Shown: positions 53,296 through 64,000, counted from the first letter of the stretch. The stretch is 64,000 nt of DNA from Psammoneis japonica (GCA_008632985.1 QPGO01000045.1:1-64000); one strand, 5' to 3'. Translations and numbers: made by a program. The notes: generated by a model from the sequence alone, not told the origin.

Positions 53296-53740
53296 TGCAG
53301 CATGCATGCAGACAAAAGGTTATTTTGTCACGCCCTTTGTGACATTTAAAGGCTGCAACACGTCGCCGTGATGCATCAACTCTCATCAGTGGCTGCATGT
53401 TGCACTCCTCCCCATGTGTCACGCGTCCATGCGGCTCTTTGCTGACGTGCACTGACACTGCACGGTTTTGGTGGAACAGTGTGGGTGCGTGCGAAGGAAC
53501 ACACAGAACTGCACAGAGTTTTGCGCGTTCGACAGTGATCAACGTTGCTGCAGACAACTCCCACTCAGGGTTTCGAACCCCTGGCCTCCTGCCCAATGGT
53601 TGCGATGAACCACTCCGCTGTGAATTCACAACGCAGCATGCGTGCAGACAAAAGGTTATTTTGTCACGCCCTTTGTGACATTTAAAGGCTGCAACACGTC
53701 GCCGTGATGCATTGACTCTCATCAGTGGCTGCATGTTGCA
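53296..53740 (-). mobile_element. TRIM-like miniature LTR element
   Basis: 109-bp direct repeats 53296-53404 and 53632-53740 with inverted termini, TSD TGTG (53292-53295, 53741-53744), PPT ggggaggag (53405-53413, minus). Confidence 0.8.
53558..53625 (-). other. tRNA-like Pol III A/B-box segment inside the TRIM
   Basis: Minus strand cAGCGGAGTGG (53610-53620; A box TRGCNNAGYGG with T>C) and GGTTCGAAACC (53569-53579; B box), 30 bp apart. Confidence 0.55.
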
Positions 53741-54459
53741 TGTGAGTGCAAATTCACCACATTGTCTGCATTGTCAGCGCATCTTTGCACCGCAACACTG
53801 TTTGTCTGTCCTGTGACAAAAACCACCTTTGACCCTTGATGTTCCAACACACTCCTTTGCATGAGCCGTCAGTTGGTTGGCCTCGTGCACATCAAGTGCA
53901 GTGCCAGGAGGATGACACTTGGAAATCATGCCACCCAACACCACTTTGACTGCTTCATTGATTCAAAAGCCCACATCATCTGACTCTGCCAACAAATGAT
54001 CACTGTCAGGACAATCCTTTGTCACATGTCCAACCTCATCACATTTCTGGCATTTGATTTGCGTTTTCTTGTTCTGGGCAAAACTTGCAACCTCAGGTTT
54101 CTTGTTGTTCCCAAATGTGTCCAACACCTGCAATGCCTCCCCTTGGTCACATTGGGGTGATCATCACCCCTGACAGAAATTGAAGGCAAATGGCAAGAAT
54201 TCAAACAACAACTCCTCACTGCTGTCTAAACAGCAGATGAGTCTCCGCTCAGAGACCGTTGCAGGAGCCGAAAGACGTGCAAGTCGGCACAATCGGGCTG
54301 CTGTTGTCATTCTTGTGAGCCTTGTGGCTCGAAAGCAAACTACATCGCGCGTGAACGCGCGGAACTAAAGCACACAAAACTGTGCGCGGTAAACTAAACA
54401 GCGCGCGATGCTTCGCGCGCATCCAAATCCTGTTCAAATCCTGTCACTCCCCAGTTTGC

Positions 54460-57400
54460 TTGAGGAGCCACAGAAACAGATTCGACTTCGGATGGAATGA
54501 AGTTCCAGAACATGAGGGGGCGGAGAAGGTCCCAGATTTGGGAGCAACCCCAATGCTTGCTGAGAATGTCAGCAGGGTTGCGGGAGCCTTCGATGAAGTG
54601 GAACTCAAGGCAACCAGAGGCAATTGCCTCACGCACACGGTGGAACGACAGTGCGGTGTGTCGCTTGTGTAACTTGGAGTGCGGGATGGTGGCACTGTCT
54701 ACAACCGACTTGTTGTCACCGAACATGTAACTGACATTGCGGATCGGGACGCCAAGGTGGCGCAGGGTGATGCGCAGGTCGACAATCTGCTCAACACAAT
54801 TCCTTGCGGCAACAAATTCAGATCCAGGTTGCAGTCTCCACGGTGGCTTGTTTCTTGGAGAACCAATCAGCTGGGAATTTGTTGAGGAAGTGGAGCATTC
54901 CCATGACAGAGCGTCCGGTGAGCATGCAATGGCACAAGTTTGCATCGACGTAGTGGGTGGCAGTGATGAACTTGCCAAGGGGCGGTGGAGCGTCCTTCGG
55001 GATCATCTCTTCTGCTTCACCATGCACGGAATGCATCCATTCATAGGCCGGAGCAGGGAGATCCGAATGGTCGGGCTCTTCCGTGCGAACGCGGAGAGCA
55101 CCGTGTCGCATCTTGGAGAGGCACCCACAGACGCGTTTGGCACGATCCAAGTGGCCTTGACGGGGCGCAGCTCGGAAGCTAGAGAGTGACATGACAGCCG
55201 TGGCAATGTCAATTCGACCAAGGGACACTGCCCATTGGAGTGAACCAACAAGAGACTGGAACTTGTGAATGCCATCGGGTCCCAGCAGTTTGGAAGTGTC
55301 CAGTTCGGGGTGGTCACCCTTCTCTAGAGGTGACAGGGCGTTGGTGGCAGGTTTCTCCCCAAACAGTCGGGCGCAACTGTCGACCATGCGCTCGATGTAC
55401 TTGCGCGGAGACAGGCACAAGGTTCCATCGGGGTCCCGGGAAAAGTCGCAACCCAGATGGAACTCAATGGGTCCCGCACCCTTGAGCTTGAACTTGTGCT
55501 TTTCCGTGAGAGTGTCGACGAAAGATTGAGGGTCCTTCATGGCAATGGCGAGGTCATCCACATAAACGGCAATGTGTTCACAGTGGTCGCCGTTCCTGCG
55601 CATCCAAATGTCGGGTTCGGCGCGGCAGGGGAAGAAGCCTTCAGCTCGCAGGCAGTCGGCGAAGCGCTCGTGCCAGCGGAGACCGGAGCTGCGCAGTCCA
55701 TGCAGTGCCTTGTGGATGACAAGGATGTGTCCTTCGAGTTTGCCAAATTCGGGTCCAGCTACAATGTAAAGCTTCTCCTTGGTGGTGGCTTCAAGGTGGG
55801 CATTGCCAATGTCGGTGGCCCATGTCTCCAGCTCGTTGAGTTCGGCCAGGAAAATCATCAGCCGAAGGCCACGGAGGGAGACCACTCCGGAGTAGACACT
55901 GTCGACAGGTACGTCCGTGAGGTGCCCGTCGGCTACGAGTCGTGCCTTGTGGCGACCGTCGTGTTTCACGTCGCACACCAGGTGCACTCGGATCTTCTTG
56001 TGTCCCGCAGGAGGAGTGGAAGACTTGAAGGGCCCGCAGTCATGGAAGACTTCGTATTCGTCGAGTTGGTCCATCTCGAGATTAGTTGCGTCTCCCCACT
56101 TGCGGTTGCCGTTGCGTTCGTCTAGTGACATGGCGTGTTTGTAGTTCCGGGGAACTTCGCATCCGTACTTGTAGCGAGGTGCAGTGCGGAAGGAGCGAAG
56201 CTTGGCTTGGTTGGCCATGCGAAATAGCTTCTTTTGGCGCCTCGCGATGGTGCGGAACCGCTTCCAGCCATCCGTGTCGAGGAGTCCGTTCTCTCGTGCA
56301 TAGATGGCACAGGTGACGGGGTCGTCCTTGGCGATGATGGCAAGAGGCTCGGACGTGATCTCCCCACTTTCCCATTCAAGCATGATGTTGTAGCTTGAGC
56401 CTTTCCAGGTTGGGTCGTGAGGCTTCAGAGGTCCTTCGTGTGACACGATGCGTCGAAATTTCCAAACAGTGGTGTCTTCGTCTTCTTGCTCAATGTGATT
56501 CATGATGTCATTGCAGGCAAGGACTTCCTCGTATTCGTCATTGTTGACAGAGCAGACGAACTTAGTGAGCTCGGGATTGCCGTTCACTTTCCATTCGTGG
56601 TCTTCGACGGCCTTGACGATGCGAGCTCTGTGGCGTTGTCCGTCCTCTTGTGGCTGCATGAGGAAGGTACGTCCAATGATGTCTTGCGGATCGAAAACTG
56701 GCATCTTGGGTGTCCTGATCTCCCCATCAGGAGAATCGACGGGGTTGTCGTCATGGCGAGATTTGATGATGGGTTCAGGTGGCTCCCCATCAGGAGGATC
56801 AAGACGCAGGTTTCGAACGGCAGGATCGGGGGTAGCGGAGCGAACGTTGGACCGGCAGAGGATCTTCTGAGTCTCGTCAGATAGAATCTTGAAGGTCATC
56901 TGGTGGCCGACGTGCTCAGCAATGCCAACGAAGCGTCCACGCAACTCACGGGATTCGGACGGCCAATCAGAGTCATCGAGGTGGAAGTGCACTGGTTCCC
57001 ACCAGTGAAAGCGAAGCAATGGGCTGATGTCCGGGGTGGATCCAGTGAGAGTCTCGAGGGGCGTGCGCCAGTGGAGACGTGGGGACGCTGTGTGGTTGAG
57101 CATGAAGCACACATGCATGAGCGCCAGCAGCCATGTGTGGGCGGGCGAACCAAAACGGTCCATGACAGTGTTCGCCATGCGCTTCACGGTCTGGTGTCGA
57201 CGCTCGGCAAAGTTTTGGTGTTGCTGGTGAGGCTCACTTTGCCAGCTGGAGATGAAGAGGGCGCGTAGGATCCCGAGCACTTTGTTGCTGATCTCAACTT
57301 GAGCACGGTCGCTAATGAGTTTGGATGGGGCACCACGTTCACGGATCTGATCCTCGAGTGTGTTGACAAACTCTTTGTCCGTCTCAGTGCCGTAGACGTC

Positions 57401-60061
57401 AGTGACGGTAGACTCGGTGCCAACAAACAGTTGGGCGCTGGTGCAACCAGAGTCGACGGCCGGGGTGTCGGCACAAACGGTGTCAGTGGCGACAGGCTCG
57501 TTGCGGCGGTGCACATTAAGGGCGGGGTTGGGTGATTTGTGGGCCTTGCGAAGGTGTGCACCGGCGGGCATGCGGGCGTACTGCGTGGTGCAGTCAAAAG
57601 TACGACGGACCGTGTCGGCAGGTAGGAAGCCAAAGCAAGGCCGAAGAGACTCGAAGGGGGGGTCCTTGGGCTGTACAGTGCGCTCCGGAGGTGGAACGTC
57701 ATCGCCCTGGGGGTCAATCGCATGTAGATGACACTCGGAGAACACGTCGTCGTTCGGAATGAGGTGATCATCGAGGGCGGACGCGTGATCGGCAGACAAG
57801 GAAGCGGACAAGATGGTCTCGTTGACAACGACACGGTGACGGCAGTTGCCGCACTCGTCAAATGGGTTGGCGGTGGGATCGTCCTGCAGGTCAGAGATCG
57901 CGTCGTGCCACTGGTCGTCGTCAGTGACAGAGTGATCGAGGACGGAAGGGTCCCATGTGTCATCACCGGTGAGGATGACATGGGGCAGGGTGTCCCATTC
58001 GGCGTCAGTGCAAGGTCGCATGGCAACATGAGGCAGGCCAGCCTTGATGTCAATGGGGATGACACAGCCATCAGGAGTGGCAACACGTTGCAAGCCGTTG
58101 GGCACCTTGACAGAGCGATCGTTGACATCCTGTTTGTGCCATTCGAGCTGGCCGCAGGAATGGATGGTCTTGCCCTTTCCCGTGCATGCGCACTGATGGA
58201 GGATGGCGATGACGGGACCACGCTGGGTCTCAATGACGGCACCAGCGGTGACAATGGGGATGTCCACCAATTGGTGATCGTCAATGCCCTGAACGTCGAC
58301 TTGGCGAGAGGTGCGTGCAATGACGCGAACGTCGTCGCCAGCAATGCCGCCGTTGGCCCCACGATCGACTAGAGCGCCAGTGCGTGTGGAGCGATGAGCA
58401 GAGGCAGAGTAAATGACATTGTGGTTGTCAACGCGGCGGCAAGTGCGGCCGTTAAGTTCTGTGTCATCTGCAGGAGCTGGCGGGGTAGAGGAAGCGGCGG
58501 ATGGCCCCGGTCGACTGGCATTGGGGGCTTGGTTAGGTGACAACAGACGTTGCAGATCACCGGGTGGCAGTGGCTTGCACTTGGTGAGGTGCGCCAGGAT
58601 GGGATTGTCCGAAGTGGCGTCCACATGTGCAGCGGAGTCACCACAGTCAGCAGGAGTCGTGTTGGATGAGTTGACATCACCGTCGCTCCCAAGGTGTTGG
58701 TCGTGAAGGTTGGCCGTAACAGACTCATGGCAGTTGCTGGCTCGCGGGTTGCGGGGAGGCGGACAAGAATGCTCAAGGATGATCGCCTTGGAGGAATCGG
58801 GCAACGAATCCCAGAGCCGTTGGTGGTCGGGAGGGAGACGTCTCCATTGGACACCGGTGAGGCTGGGACCGCGGGTGCAGGCAGCATTGGCTTGAAGGAC
58901 GTCAACGTCGCTGTCAATGTCGTAGAACACATCGTCGGACGGTTCCTCGGAGCAGACGTCGTGTGCGCATGTGGCGCGTCGGGGAGCTCTAGGTGTCGTC
59001 TTGGGTTGAAACGTGCTGTCGCACTGAGCTGCCGCAGAGAGGAGCAAGCCACAGCATTGATCGCATGTGAGGCTCTTGCCACTCTGTGTACGATGCTGAT
59101 CAGCTTGGTTCTTGACAGCACGGAGTTCCTCGACAGGGTGCACGGCATTCTCGAGCATGACGCGCTTCTGTCCTTCAGAGAAGTGGTCACTGGCGGGGAT
59201 GAGTGCCTCGCACTTGCGCAACTGATCTTGCCAATGAAGGATGAACCCGTGGGTCGGACCTTTCCAAGTGCCATCACCAAGACGTGCGGTGGTGAGGTGC
59301 GTGAGCAGGGTGGAGGACTCGACAGATGCGCGGGTGGAGGCAAGCGCGTGCTCAGACAAGGAGCGGCAGACGGTCTGTGCGTCAGAAGACCCCACATTGT
59401 CGCGAATGAGAGCCTTGCCCTTGTCGGTGAGAAGGATGCGTTCGAAGACGGCGAACATGTGCTTTTGCTGTTCAGCAAAGAGCAGTTTGTCTTCGGGGCT
59501 GGTCGGTTTGTACGACGAGTCTAGAATGCACTCGACGTCTTGGGCACGGGCTTGTGCCACAAGTGAGGTGTGCCAAGTGTGCCACTGCTTGTCAGATTTG
59601 AGAGCTGTGAAAGCAGTGGGATCACGCTTGATGCCTCGCTTGAAGTCTCGCACCAGGTCGCGTGCCTTGGTCGGGTTGGTGACATGTGGAGGTGCAAGGG
59701 GTGAGCTGCCGATGGACACAGAAGACATGTGGTCGGGGCTGAGGCGGTGGGCAAGGAACTCGTCATGCGTGAACAAAGAGGAGTCGTTGGCAACGTCAAG
59801 ACCTTTGTGTGCTTTGACAATGTGCAGACTGACCAGTGCTGCTAACATGTTCTTATAACCACGGGGCAAAGGGATTGCATTGGTGCCGTTGTCGCACTCA
59901 AGCGAGTCGATTTGGGACGGCATGAACGTGAACAGTTCCTGATGTGAGTCCGTGCCGTCTTGGGCCAAAGCCAAACGAAGAGGACTCCCAGCACCTTGGG
60001 CAAGCACGGTTCCAACAACATGCTCGAAACCATCGGTTTGTTGCTGACGAGTGAGAACCAT
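54460..60061 (-). pseudogene. Copia gag-pol polyprotein, Tyr-depleted, frameshifted near 54825
   Basis: LVDRGANG (protease), ISDRAQVE / QNFAERR (integrase), RHKARLVA, YVDDL (RT), SEFVAAR, GDNKSVV, NPADILSK (RNase H, second frame). Confidence 0.92.
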
Positions 60062-60990
60062 GGCAGACAAAAGTGGTGTCAGGACAATCAATTCTGGTTG
60101 GGAAGCGAAGGTAGACTCGAAACTTGGGTGAGAATGGACTTGACTTGAAATGGACTTGACTTGAAATCTTGAACTATCTTAAAATCAGAAGTCGCCGGGC
60201 TTTGTCATCCCGTTCGTTGTTGAGTGCTAAACTTCCCATCCGGTCCGTAGAGTTGTGCCGGCACGTCCGAACCCGCAGCCAGCGGCACTTTGGGTTGCTC
60301 ACGAGCGGAGTAGCGGGTTGTAAACCCCTGCAGGTAAGCTGACTAGAGGTGGACAAGACCCCCGAACCGTTCTTGTTTTTATGTCGGTTGGATTTCCCGA
60401 TCAGGCTGGCCAGTTGACGCAGGCGTTGGGCGCTGTGGACGAACGAACAAACGCGGGAAAGCACCCTCGCCCCAACGTAGGCTGCAATCACGGCCACTTG
60501 CTCTCACAGTCATCCTCGTGGACCTAGCAGAACTGTAGAGCACCAGTGGTCCGGGGTAGATCAGGTGCAATGGACTCGGTGTGCTTGTAGAGTGGCAGCA
60601 AAACCGTAGTCCGAAGAGTGGATAAAGGTTCTTGGCCGTGAAGATATGCATGTATATATATATATGTCTTCAGCGACTAAGATCCTTGAATGTGTAGGGT
60701 TCTTGACCGTTAACCGAGGAATAGGTATATCAAGGGATGTTGATCAAGGATAGACTTGGATATGACCGTTGAATATAAGTCTTCAGCGACCAAAGGTAGT
60801 ATAATCAATCCAGATATCCAGCGGTAAGGAGACTTGACGGTGACGTTAACTTCCTGCCGATGCCCTGGTATTGAATGCGCGTAGACTTGCCGATGTATGT
60901 AGAATATATACGGAGGTCCACGTAGAATTGAAATAGCGTCGTTGGTAAATCAACGACGACGATGGCGGTTGCTCAATGGGTTGACAATGA

Positions 60991-61005
60991 GCAAGACTGT
61001 TAATC
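60991..61005 (-). promoter_or_regulatory. Putative primer binding site complementary to a tRNA-Asn anticodon arm
   Basis: Plus strand gCAAGA CTGTTAA TC directly abuts the 5' LTR; it reads as anticodon stem, CT-GTT-AA loop and start of the 3' stem. Confidence 0.55.
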
Positions 61006-61286
61006 TGACAGAAAATGAAGGCAAATGGCAAGAATTCAAACAATAACTCCTTACTGCTGTCTAAATAGCAGATGAGTCTCCGCTCAGAGACCGTCACAGG
61101 AGCCGAAAGACGTGTAAGTCGGTATAATCGGGCTACTGTTATTATTCTTGTGAGCCTTGTGGCTCGAAAGCAAACTACATCGCGCGTGAACGCGCGGAAC
61201 TAAAGCACACAAAACTGTGCGCGGTAAACTAAACAGCGCGCGATACTTCGCGCGCATCCAAATCCTGTTCAAATCCTGTCAACCCC

Positions 61287-64000
61287 CCAGAGTGAACTGC
61301 TGATGTAAATCTTTCAAGACATGCCATCATTCATTGGCACACTCCTCCATTGGCACTGCCACTGACAACTTGTTTCTTTCTTTTTTCTGGGCATCATCAG
61401 CATCTTTGCTGAACCCATCTTCTTTCTTGGCAATCTCCCCCATGATGATTCTGCCACAGCACATTTCTGCCACCCCCTCAACAAAATGCTCAAGAGCTGA
61501 CGATTGAAACTGCCTTGAAGCACCTTTCCTCCTTCATCTTGATGAATGGTTTGCAGCCACTTCCAAGCCTTGGCCACCTGGACATGTGGGTTTGTCTTCT
61601 CACTTGCATCAAACAAGATCAACACGAGATTTTCTGGTGGTGCTGCCATGATGTTCTCCACTCCTTTGTGACTCTTGCAAACTCCCCACTCCTTCAATCT
61701 TGTGAGGATGAATGGCCTTGGCACATTGTCCCACAATTGTGCCAAATGCACTTGCCTTCTGGATCTTGCAGATCACATTCTGTTTCACACAGTGATCACA
61801 TTGCTTGTCCCAGATTGCCTTGCTCTTCTCCAATGTTGTGTCTCATGATGAAAGCTGCCTCTGACCCCAAAGTCCACAGCCTTTCCCAAGCAGACAGAGA
61901 GATCTGCCCCCATGCCACCCAGCAGCATTGGAGCTCTTTTCTTCAAAGAGAGCATCGCAGCTCAAAGAGCTCTGCAGCCCACTTCTGTTTTCTGCTTGTG
62001 ATCCAACCAACAAGGTCAAGCTCATCTCTGGCTCCACCAAAATGCTGCAAGCCTCTGTGAGTCTTTGATTGAGCCTCGCCCCATTCTTTGAAAGGGGGTG
62101 AGAGACCTCATTGGTGTGTTGGACTCAATGGAGCTCATCACTTGGGCTCAGCAGATTGGCTGCATGTGCCAAAAGGTTTGCTTTGGAGTCTGGATTTCAT
62201 GACTGAAAATTCTGGTTCAAGCCATCCCTGCACCTTGGCAGCCATTTCCAGCCCTGGCAGAGTGTTCTTCAACTCCACACTCTGCATCAAAGCATTGAAA
62301 TCTTCCAACATGGCCATGTTTCACATGGAATGACAAGTGCAATTTTTGCACAAGTTGCCATGGCAGTGTGCTGTGTGGTTGTTTTTGGCAACTTTTTTTA
62401 AGTTTGTGATTGCAGCAGTGGCACCAATTGACAACATGTGAAAAGGACATGATCAATGTGTGTCACAAAGCGCCAAAATGATGCACACTTTTTCCTGTTG
62501 AAATGGCCCTGTCATGCTGCACTCAAGATCTTTTTCTGTCTTCTTGTTGCACTGCAGAAAGTCTGTAAAATGTCATGGCTTTTGTTCAAAATTTATCCGC
62601 ACTGGATCAGATCCCTGTGTTCTTGACAAGGGCCGGTTGATTGTGGTTGAAGAGCCTTTCACAATTGTTGTGACATGTGAAGCAGGAAACAACACTGAAT
62701 GAAAATTGTTCTTGCAGTGCATGTCATCTTAACAAGATGATCTTTGTGCACACCAAGAGTGATTTCAACATGACTCAGTTTTTGTTTGCAATCAATGTGG
62801 CAGACAAAGCAGGAAACAATGGCAAACAAACCTTGTGACTTGCAAGGCTGTGTGCTGTTCACACAATCTGATTCTTGCACGCCACAATTTGTTTTTTTGG
62901 CACTGAGTCTGCTTTTGCTCCCTGTTTTTTCTTGTTCTTTCCTCCTTGCTTTGTTGGCTCTTCTGCCAGTGCTGCCATTGCCCTTTGCTGTCTGCACATG
63001 ACAAGCCATCATCAGACATCTCTTGAGCCAGAGAGCCAGTGCTGAGTTCCTCCATCACCGGTGCACCATGATGAGAAAATCAATGTTTTTGTTGAACAAC
63101 CACTTCCCACCTTGTTCATTGGGAAAGACACCTCCATTGTTTGTTGATTGAGGCTCTTGATTGCTGCCAGGAAGCAACAAAAAGGAGAGACAAGTGTGAG
63201 GGATTGTCATCAAGAAGGTGTGGGGGGACATGAATCTGTTGGTGCTTGAGCAAAGGAAATTGTTGAGAGGTCCTGGCACATCCAAAGAGGAGCATGAGGC
63301 AAATTGTCACTTGAGGAGCTGACAGGGGAGGGAGGTGCATTGCACAGGCCAAAATGGAAGAAAGAAAAGAGTGCTGAGGACACCATTGAAAATGTCTGCA
63401 GAGAGCACACTGGCCATTGTTGTCAGACATCTGACCAGGAGGACAGAGTGGGTTGCATTGCAACAGGGATGTGCCATTGTCGTCAGTGCATGACATTGGA
63501 GGATGAGTTGTGCAGTGTCCAATGGGAAAAAAGGACAAATGCAGCAGAGCAGAAATGGAGCAAAACAAAGGCAGAAAACTGAAGGGTGGAAAAAAGCAAA
63601 CAAATGAAGTTGTTGGCAAGTTTGACATTTGGACAGAATGAACATCATCATTCATGAGTTAAAAGCCAGCATGAGACAAAATTTGCATTTGTGCAAATTG
63701 AGTGTTGTGGTCACAATCATCAGCACAAATGTGAAAATTGTGACAATTGGTCAGTGCTCTTCTGATGGTCAAGCATGGAAACATGTCACAAACTAAAGTC
63801 AGACTGTGAGGCAGCTAAATCAGATCCTTGCAACACATCAACACCTGTGTAGACTGGTGCAAATGTGGTGGACACAATGCCGTTGTTGTTCTGTTGAGAT
63901 GGCTTTTAGAGCAGAGTGTTGAAATGGCTGAAGACAAGGTTGCAAGAACTTTGCATTTTTGACAACAATTGCTGAAGTCACCAATGATGAGTGCAACATT
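61287..64000. mobile_element. Older, heavily mutated repeat relic (right of the Copia insertion)
   Basis: No TA by eye in 61308-62398 and 62732-63659; very few CG; no intact ORF. Confidence 0.65.

Larger units (their letters stand above)
51946..54165. mobile_element. Older, heavily mutated host retroelement relic (left part)
   Basis: TA- and CG-depleted; minus-strand CQKCDEVGHVTKDC (CX2CX4HX4C gag knuckle) at about 54011-54052. Confidence 0.6.
54171..61281 (-). mobile_element. Full-length Ty1/Copia LTR retrotransposon (CoDi-like)
   Basis: 276-bp LTRs TGACAG...CTGTCA (54171-54446, 61006-61281), 5-bp TSD ACCCC (54166-54170, 61282-61286), PPT next to 54447, PR-IN-RT-RH order. Confidence 0.95.

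Noticed and set aside
53558..53625. Functional tRNA gene
   Set aside because: A/B boxes and a T-arm are present but no convincing acceptor or anticodon stems; treated as tRNA-like only.
57184..59858. Long alternative-frame and antisense ORFs within the Copia
   Set aside because: Shadows of a GC-rich, TA-depleted coding sequence.
54171..61281. ADAR/APOBEC-type editing during retrotransposition
   Set aside because: Both A>G and T>C occur intermixed on the same strand and the two LTRs differ, which points to post-integration change on both DNA strands.

Overview
Eukaryotic genomic window, very probably a pennate diatom: short GT-AG introns, ASAF-like bipartite plastid presequences and a CoDi-like Copia element. 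About 17 compact housekeeping genes occupy 1-46.5 kb: PPase, a discoidin-domain protein, proteasome beta2, RPL10A, SLC34, FANCM, START, CDK10/11, a Qc-SNARE, PMS2, a METTL21-like methyltransferase, ZIP, FKBP, Sec12, a CPA1 antiporter, a FAM13-like protein and a NadD-like enzyme. A nested retroelement cluster (Gypsy, a TRIM and a Copia inside an older relic) fills 47-64 kb. The main signal is a repeat-restricted hypermutation that converts TpA to TpG or CpA, i.e. A:T to G:C at TpA on both strands, the opposite direction to fungal RIP. The two Gypsy LTRs differ at 26 nt by hand count, all inside TpA. The Copia LTRs show the same pattern, and conserved Tyr codons in the Copia polyprotein are replaced by Cys/His. 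Repeat islands contain about 1 kb runs with no TA at all, while genes and short gene duplications are spared. All counts are manual and need computational confirmation.
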